This document shows positions 58,747 through 64,000 of a stretch of 64,000 bases of DNA, piece after piece. Both the position numbers and the translations under genes were made by a program. The stretch covers positions 128,001 through 192,000 of the forward strand of contig MTLP01000012.1 in assembly GCA_002009975.1 (NCBI GenBank), written 5' to 3'. The stretch is from Thermococcus sp. JdFR-02. Its GTDB lineage: Archaea; Methanobacteriota_B; Thermococci; Thermococcales; Thermococcaceae. The first letter of the stretch is position 1, and each line of letters begins with the position of its first letter. The notes below the pieces were generated by a model that was not told the DNA's origin, made no database searches, and saw only the letters and a list, made by a program, of their open reading frames with translations.

Positions 58747-59933
58747 CGCAAGCTTTTGACGAGCTCTTCCAAGACACCTAAGAACGTCTCAACTTCTTCA
58801 ATGCTGTTGTAGACATGGAATGAAGCCCTAACTGTCCCATTGATTTTGAGCCTCTTCATGACTGGTAAAGCACAGTGATGACCGCTCCTCACCATTATGT
58901 TATGCTCGTCCAATATAGCGGCAACATCGTGTGGATGTAAGGGGGGAACGTTAAAGCTCACAACTCCAGCATGCTTTTTAAGATTTCTTGGACCATACCA
59001 TGGAATTTCAAGCTCATCTAAGCCCTCAGTTGTCCTCTTTACAAGCTTGTGTTCTTGCTCTTCAATTTTATCAAGCCCAATCTTTTGGATGTATTTTATT
59101 CCAGCAGCTAAGCCTATTGCACCCCCTATGTTTGGAGTTCCAGCCTCATATCTTTCAGGCGGTGCGGTTAGTTTATACTCATCTAGACTTACATCTTCAA
59201 TAGTTCCTCCACCAATTAATGGTGGCTCAAAAACATCGAAGAACTCTTCATTCACGTAAAGGACGCCTATTCCAGTTGGTCCTAAGGGACCTTTGTGACC
59301 AGAGAAAGCTAAAAAGTCAGCGTGGAGTTTTTTAACATCAACTTCCATGTGTCCAATGCTTTGAGCGGCATCTACAACAAAAATTGCTCCCTCTTCCTTT
59401 ACCATCTTACCAATTTCTTCAACTTCGTGGATAACACCTAATGCATTTGAGACGTGCTGAATTGCGACAAGCTTAGCTCCTCTAATTTTCTTCTCTGCAT
59501 CTGCTAAATCTAAATTGCCTTCATCATCTCCTTCAATAATCTCAAGCTTTGCACCGTATTTTTTAGCAACTCTTTGCCAAGGCAATAGGTCGGAGTGATG
59601 CTCGTAGGGAGTTGTGACTATTTTATCACCCTTTTTGAATTCTAAGCCCAGAGCAACTAAGTTTAAGCTCTCACTTGTGTTTTTTGTAAAAACTATCTCT
59701 TCAAATTTAGCTCCAATGAAGTCGGCAACAACTTTTCTTGCATTTTCATATTCATGTGTTGCTTTTTGGGATAAGCGGTGGATTCCACGGTGAACGTTAG
59801 CCCTATATTTGAGATAATACTCATCCATAGCCTCAATTACAGGGATTGGTGTTAAGCTCGTTGCTGTGTTGTCAAAATAAATCACTTCTTGAGTTAAGGG
59901 AATATCCTTTCTAATATCATCTGGGACTCTCAT
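58743..59933 (-). CDS. sufS: Cysteine desulfurase, SufS type (PLP class V)
   Basis: YFDNTATS, ANVHRG, EHHS, DAAQS, SGHK, RSGHHCA. Confidence 0.92.
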   Translation of the reverse strand: MRVPDDIRKDIPLTQEVIYFDNTATSLTPIPVIEAMDEYYLKYRANVHRGIHRLSQKATHEYENARKVVADFIGAKFEEIVFTKNTSESLNLVALGLEFKKGDKIVTTPYEHHSDLLPWQRVAKKYGAKLEIIEGDDEGNLDLADAEKKIRGAKLVAIQHVSNALGVIHEVEEIGKMVKEEGAIFVVDAAQSIGHMEVDVKKLHADFLAFSGHKGPLGPTGIGVLYVNEEFFDVFEPPLIGGGTIEDVSLDEYKLTAPPERYEAGTPNIGGAIGLAAGIKYIQKIGLDKIEEQEHKLVKRTTEGLDELEIPWYGPRNLKKHAGVVSFNVPPLHPHDVAAILDEHNIMVRSGHHCALPVMKRLKINGTVRASFHVYNSIEEVETFLGVLEELVKSLR

Positions 59934-60007
59934 GCAGACCACCTATGAAAAGTTATTCAAGAGGGTATAAAGAATTTGCTATGCTACCCAAAAATGAGTA
60001 ATTGGAT

Positions 60008-61183
60008 TTATTCCTTCTTTTTTGCGACTTTCTCAGCATAGAGGAATAGCATGCTTAGTAGAACAAACAAGATTAGACTTACAAAATATGGAAGAGTTGG
60101 CTTTATACTTGCCAAAAATCCAGCAGCAAAAGGTGTGAATAAGTTTATTATTTTTCTGTAGCTTGCTAATGCTGAATGGAACTCGCTCACTTTTTCATCT
60201 GGAATTAGAGAGAAAACCCAAGAGCGATAGAAGGGGAAGGATAAGCTATCACCAAAGCGCCCTATGAAATAGGCAACTAAAACAAAGGCAAAAGGTAATG
60301 AAAGGCTCATAATTAGGGCATAAAAAGATATCAGAAACATTCCAACGCTTATTGTCTTAAATCCTCTTTCTTTGGGAATTCTTTCACTGACATATGTTGC
60401 TAAAATCGTTGCTAGCGAAATTACACCTTCAACGAGCATGACTTCAAAGAGCGTTTTATTCAGCTTAAAGATTACATAATTTAAAAGCACAATCTCTGGA
60501 GCTAAAGCCCAGGCTAACGAAAATAGTGCCTCGATTAGAAGGAGAAGCTTGAATTCATCATTGATTTTAAAGTTAAACTCTTGTGAACTTATTCTTTCTT
60601 CCTTTCCCACTTTTGGCAAGAACTTCCATAAATAAGCAATTGTAAAGAGAGAGAAAAGCCCAAAGGCGATGAAGGCTTTTCTATAATGTTCTAAACTCGT
60701 CCAGACATAGCCAAAGAGATAGCCCAAAATTAGAAAGCCGATTAATTGACTGATTTCAGGTAAGCGAAGATGCCAAGCAAAAAGTTCCTCTCTCTTTTCT
60801 TTGGGATAGATTATTTGTTCATAGGCTTGGTAAAGGGGATAGAACATTGTTGAGATTTTCTCTAAGGTATATCCCAAGAAAAGCATTAAAGGAGCAATTG
60901 CACCTTTTGCGAAGCCGTAGAGAATGTAGGCAATTCCATCAATTGCATCTATCAAAATCAACCCTGTTTTGAGGGGATATTCATTGAAAAAGCGCCCTAT
61001 TGAATATGTCAGCGGAATTGAAATGAGATTAACAGCTGTAAAGAACGCCCCAACTTCTAAGACCGAATAACCTGAGTACATCATGTAAAGCGGGAGAAGA
61101 TACCACACTATAAGCTGGGGGGCGATGATTGTATGATAGAGAATGTAGGCTTTTGCATCTCTGGGAACTTCGTTCCATTGCAT
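60008..61183 (-). CDS. MFS transporter
   Basis: About 12 TM in two halves; GGTGTGA SD. Confidence 0.8.
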   Translation of the reverse strand: MQWNEVPRDAKAYILYHTIIAPQLIVWYLLPLYMMYSGYSVLEVGAFFTAVNLISIPLTYSIGRFFNEYPLKTGLILIDAIDGIAYILYGFAKGAIAPLMLFLGYTLEKISTMFYPLYQAYEQIIYPKEKREELFAWHLRLPEISQLIGFLILGYLFGYVWTSLEHYRKAFIAFGLFSLFTIAYLWKFLPKVGKEERISSQEFNFKINDEFKLLLLIEALFSLAWALAPEIVLLNYVIFKLNKTLFEVMLVEGVISLATILATYVSERIPKERGFKTISVGMFLISFYALIMSLSLPFAFVLVAYFIGRFGDSLSFPFYRSWVFSLIPDEKVSEFHSALASYRKIINLFTPFAAGFLASIKPTLPYFVSLILFVLLSMLFLYAEKVAKKKE

Positions 61184-61558
61184 TGAAATCACACCTTTCA
61201 TGTTTGTTTAGAGTTTGATAAGCCTTAAAGTTTTAGATATTCTGCTGTATGGGATGTTTGAATTATTTAAAAGAATAACCATAAAGTCAAGGGGGCAGTA
61301 CTTGTAAAAGGGGATTACATTCATTTTGTCAATATATGTTTGCTGAAAATGACATTGATCAGTTTCATGCGGCGTTATTGCTAGTCTCACTTTCTTCGAA
61401 GTTAATTTATCATATTCCCAATAAAAAAGTATGTTTGTTACGACAAAAAGTTTAATAAACATGAAAGGCAATTGTTCTCAGCTACGGTACTTACAATTGT
61501 TAAGAACCTTTCCAAGCCGACCCAAGATGTACAATGTTCTCATTAGGGAGGTGTAGGG

Positions 61559-62515
61559 ATGACAACAGTTGAATTAAAAGATGTCGTAAAAACGTTTTCA
61601 AGTCCTAAAGGGAAGATTATTGCCGTCAACAATCTAAGTTTTCAAGCAAAAGAAGGCGAAGTTCTTGGTATTCTTGGTCCCAATGGGGCTGGAAAAACAA
61701 CAACTTTAAGGATGATTGCCACAATTTACAAGCCTGACAGAGGCACTATAAGGGTTGAGGGGATAGATGTTTTAGAGAATCCATTAGACGTTAGAAAACG
61801 GATAGCGTATATGCCTCAGGAGCCGGATCTAATTCCATTTTTATCTGTTGAAGAGCATATAACCTATTATCTCCGTTTTAGAGGGTTTAGTAAAAAAGAA
61901 GCCGAAAAGCGTTGCGAAGAAGCCCTAAGATCATTCAATCTAGAGAAGCACAGAAGTAAAAAGCCTTTTCAACTTAGCACTGGGCTGAAAAGACGAGTAC
62001 AATTGGCATCTATTCTATCTGCGGAAGTGCCTGTGATTTTTCTTGACGAACCAACGACAGGATTGGATCCGATGAGTAAGAGAAACACGTGGGAGCTAAT
62101 CAAAGACAAAATTGAAGATAGCGGAGCAACTATTCTTCTTACAAGCCACGATCTTTATGAGGTAGAGTATCTTGCGGATCGAGTGATCATCATAAATAAC
62201 GGTCGGCTGATAGCTGAGGGCACGCCGAGAGATTTGAGAAAAAGATTTGGCAAGAGCGTTAAAGTTGTTTTTGAAGATCCGTTGATTTTTGATGCTTTGA
62301 GAGAGGAACTTATGGACGTTGATGGAATCAAGGGCATTTTTCAAGTAAGCGAAAATGCAGTTGAGATAAAGCTGGACTCCCTAGATCGCTCCATTAACAA
62401 CCTTGTTCGGATTCTCGCATCTAAGGAGCTAAAAATCAAGGACATCCTTACAACTGCTGCAAACTTCGAGGATGTGTACCTTGAAATAATAGGAAATTCT
62501 GGAGGTGACATATGA
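61559..62515 (+). CDS. ABC exporter ATP-binding protein (DrrA-like)
   Basis: GPNGAGKTT, LSTG signature, FLDEPTTGLDP, TSH. Confidence 0.93.
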   Translation: MTTVELKDVVKTFSSPKGKIIAVNNLSFQAKEGEVLGILGPNGAGKTTTLRMIATIYKPDRGTIRVEGIDVLENPLDVRKRIAYMPQEPDLIPFLSVEEHITYYLRFRGFSKKEAEKRCEEALRSFNLEKHRSKKPFQLSTGLKRRVQLASILSAEVPVIFLDEPTTGLDPMSKRNTWELIKDKIEDSGATILLTSHDLYEVEYLADRVIIINNGRLIAEGTPRDLRKRFGKSVKVVFEDPLIFDALREELMDVDGIKGIFQVSENAVEIKLDSLDRSINNLVRILASKELKIKDILTTAANFEDVYLEIIGNSGGDI

Positions 62516-63306
62516 TGGACTTTAAATCAATGCTATCTTCGCTTAGGGTCGCCATTTCAAGGGAAGTAAAAATTGGCATGGATTTGGAATTTTTCTTAGG
62601 AACACTGTTTGAGCCTCTAATATATGTCATGCTGTTTGGCCCTTTGATGGAAAAGCTCATTGGAAACGTGAATTTTGGAGGAAAGGAGATCTCTTACCTT
62701 GCTTTCATGTTTCCAGGAGTGCTTACGATAATAGGCATTAACCAGGGATTTCGGGGTGCTGCAACATTCATTCAGGATAAGTTCAGAGGTGGTTTGGAGA
62801 CACTTTTTACGCTTCCTGTTCATCGCTCAGCTCTCTTTTTAGCCAAGATTTTGGGTTCATGTTTGAGAGCCTTAATAGCAATGTCGATAATTACACTCTT
62901 AGCGACTTTAATGGCGAAAGGGCTTTCTTTAACATTATTAGGAACTCTGAAAAGCTTTTTGGTCAATATGAGCCTTGTTGTAACCTTAGCAAGCTTCATG
63001 ATATATCTCCTTTCCAAGAGCCAAAATCCAAATCTCCCTCTTGCAATTTCCGGCATATTATTGCTACCCATGATGTTCCTTTCTACGGTGTTCTATCCTG
63101 AAAGCGTCTTCAGCGGTAGCAGATTGCTCTCACTAATAGTCGCAGTTAATCCCATGACCCATGCCGCAAGGTTAGTTAGACCTTTTGTCTACTCAACTCC
63201 GCTATCAGTTTCAACGTTGCTGATATCCACAGCGTATCTTTCAGCTCTTGCGTTTGTAAGTTTGCTATTAGGTGCCAAGGAATTTGCACGGGCACTAGAG
63301 AGGTAA
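62512..63306 (+). CDS. ABC-2 type permease (DrrB-like)
   Basis: YLAFMFPG, FLSTVFYP, NPMTH; ATGA overlap. Confidence 0.9.
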   Translation: MMDFKSMLSSLRVAISREVKIGMDLEFFLGTLFEPLIYVMLFGPLMEKLIGNVNFGGKEISYLAFMFPGVLTIIGINQGFRGAATFIQDKFRGGLETLFTLPVHRSALFLAKILGSCLRALIAMSIITLLATLMAKGLSLTLLGTLKSFLVNMSLVVTLASFMIYLLSKSQNPNLPLAISGILLLPMMFLSTVFYPESVFSGSRLLSLIVAVNPMTHAARLVRPFVYSTPLSVSTLLISTAYLSALAFVSLLLGAKEFARALER

Positions 63307-63307
63307 T

Positions 63308-63329
63308 CTTCCCTCTTTTTATTTTTTTG
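63308..63329 (+). terminator. T-rich terminator-like tract
   Basis: cttccctctttttatttttttg immediately after the stop codon. Confidence 0.5.
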
Positions 63330-63381
63330 TTTGCTATAAGGGTTGAACTTTATGGATGAACCTTTGAAAAATTAAAAAGCC

Positions 63382-63495
63382 TCAAATAGTCCTGTTTCTA
63401 AAATCTATCGCATCTTTAGCACTCCACTCCTTTACTATTCTCGGATCATCTTTGCTCACTTTCTTCCAAAATTTCAAACTCTCGAAATCAAACAT
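63382..63495 (-). CDS. Putative 37-aa small protein or truncated gene (MFDFESLKFWKKVSKDDPRIVKEWSAKDAIDFRNRTI)
   Basis: GGTGAG SD shortly before ATG; purine-rich coding-like composition; below the ORF-track cutoff. Confidence 0.4.
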   Translation of the reverse strand: MFDFESLKFWKKVSKDDPRIVKEWSAKDAIDFRNRTI

Positions 63496-63541
63496 TGTTC
63501 TCACCAAGTACAATTAGTGTGCTCAAAGTAGAACTTATTAG

Positions 63542-63557
63542 TGTTCACAGATGAACA
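63542..63557. promoter_or_regulatory. Palindrome TGTTCA-N4-TGAACA, candidate ArsR operator
   Basis: Perfect inverted repeat just upstream of the BRE/TATA (CTTATAAG) of the ArsR gene. Confidence 0.55.
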
Positions 63558-63603
63558 AAAAACTTATAAGTAATCATTTAATTACATGTTATTAAGTGAT
63601 AAC

Positions 63604-63897
63604 ATGGATATTGAAAAACTTGCTAAAATGCTCGATGGGCTTGGGCATCCGCTCAGACTTAAGATAGTTGGACTGCTTGCAAGAGAAAATAGGGCAATGT
63701 ACCTAAATGAGATAGCAAACGGTCTTGGAATAAACAGGGCATTAGCTAAAGTTCACCTCAAAAAGCTCGAAGCGGCAGGAATTGTCAAGAGTAAGGTTGT
63801 GCTTGATGAGGAGAGGGGAAAAGCTCTGAGGTTTTACGAACTTGTACCTTTTGACCTTCACCTTTCACCTGAGATCTTAGAGGAGGTGGTGGAATGA
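63604..63897 (+). CDS. ArsR/SmtB-family transcriptional regulator
   Basis: LGHPLRLKIV...EIA..LGI......HLKKLE.AGIV. Confidence 0.88.
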   Translation: MDIEKLAKMLDGLGHPLRLKIVGLLARENRAMYLNEIANGLGINRALAKVHLKKLEAAGIVKSKVVLDEERGKALRFYELVPFDLHLSPEILEEVVE

Positions 63898-64000
63898 GAA
63901 CCCGAGACGTTGTGATTTTAGCAAGTTGGATAACTGCAATAGTTATTTCAACTGTCATAATCTTGAAAGGCGGGGCGACATACGCAAACATAGGAATAGC
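63894..64000 (+). CDS. Membrane protein, 3'-truncated by window edge (MRTRDVVILASWITAIVISTVIILKGG...)
   Basis: GGAGGTGG SD, ATGA overlap with the ArsR stop, hydrophobic open frame to the window end. Confidence 0.7.
   Translation, partial: MRTRDVVILASWITAIVISTVIILKGGATYANIGI

Noticed and set aside
61208-61471. 87-aa minus-strand ORF from the track
   Set aside because: No SD, atypical composition, and it spans apparent promoter elements; probably non-coding
61461-61556. 31-aa plus-strand ORF (MKGNCSQLRY...) as a peptide precursor
   Set aside because: The ATG directly follows a TATA-like box with no SD, so it would lie upstream of the likely TSS
1-64000. Numerous short antisense or nested ORFs in the six-frame track (e.g. 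36072-36605, 56281-56796, 49455-49859)
   Set aside because: They are shadows of well-supported genes on the other strand or frame, with no SD or recognisable motifs
1-64000. CRISPR arrays, tRNA/rRNA genes, IS elements, inteins
   Set aside because: No regularly spaced repeats, GC-rich structural RNA blocks, transposase motifs or oversized conserved proteins were seen by eye; a tRNAscan/Infernal run would be needed to exclude small RNAs fully

Overview
AT-rich, gene-dense archaeal chromosomal DNA, very probably Thermococcales. This is based on GGTGA/GAGG Shine-Dalgarno motifs, BRE/TATA promoters, DUF257, DUF835 and DUF460 genes, a 14-gene Mrp-Mbh operon, and TGM and SurR operator motifs. About 70 CDSs are present, and no rRNA, tRNA, CRISPR array or transposase was seen. 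Main observations: (1) a four-gene tandem array of DUF2178-like small membrane proteins joined by a repeated GGTGATGTRA(G)ATG junction, followed by an XRE regulator and an ABC-2 exporter, all behind a double GTAAAG-N4-CTTTAC operator; (2) an fdhD-fdhA-4Fe4S-4Fe4S-mobA formate dehydrogenase cluster transcribed divergently from a complete mbhA-N [NiFe]-hydrogenase/Mrp operon that carries a SurR site in an apparently repressive position; (3) a C/D box sRNA at about 32810-32862 (-); (4) a perfect TGM upstream of a CGTase-like GH13 gene; (5) a tandem pair of PEGA-domain surface-protein genes, the second broken by two single-base frameshifts; (6) several palindromic operators and an uncalled small ORF. 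All product calls come from motif recognition by eye; no database searches were run. Some start codons were moved relative to the ORF track to fit SD spacing.
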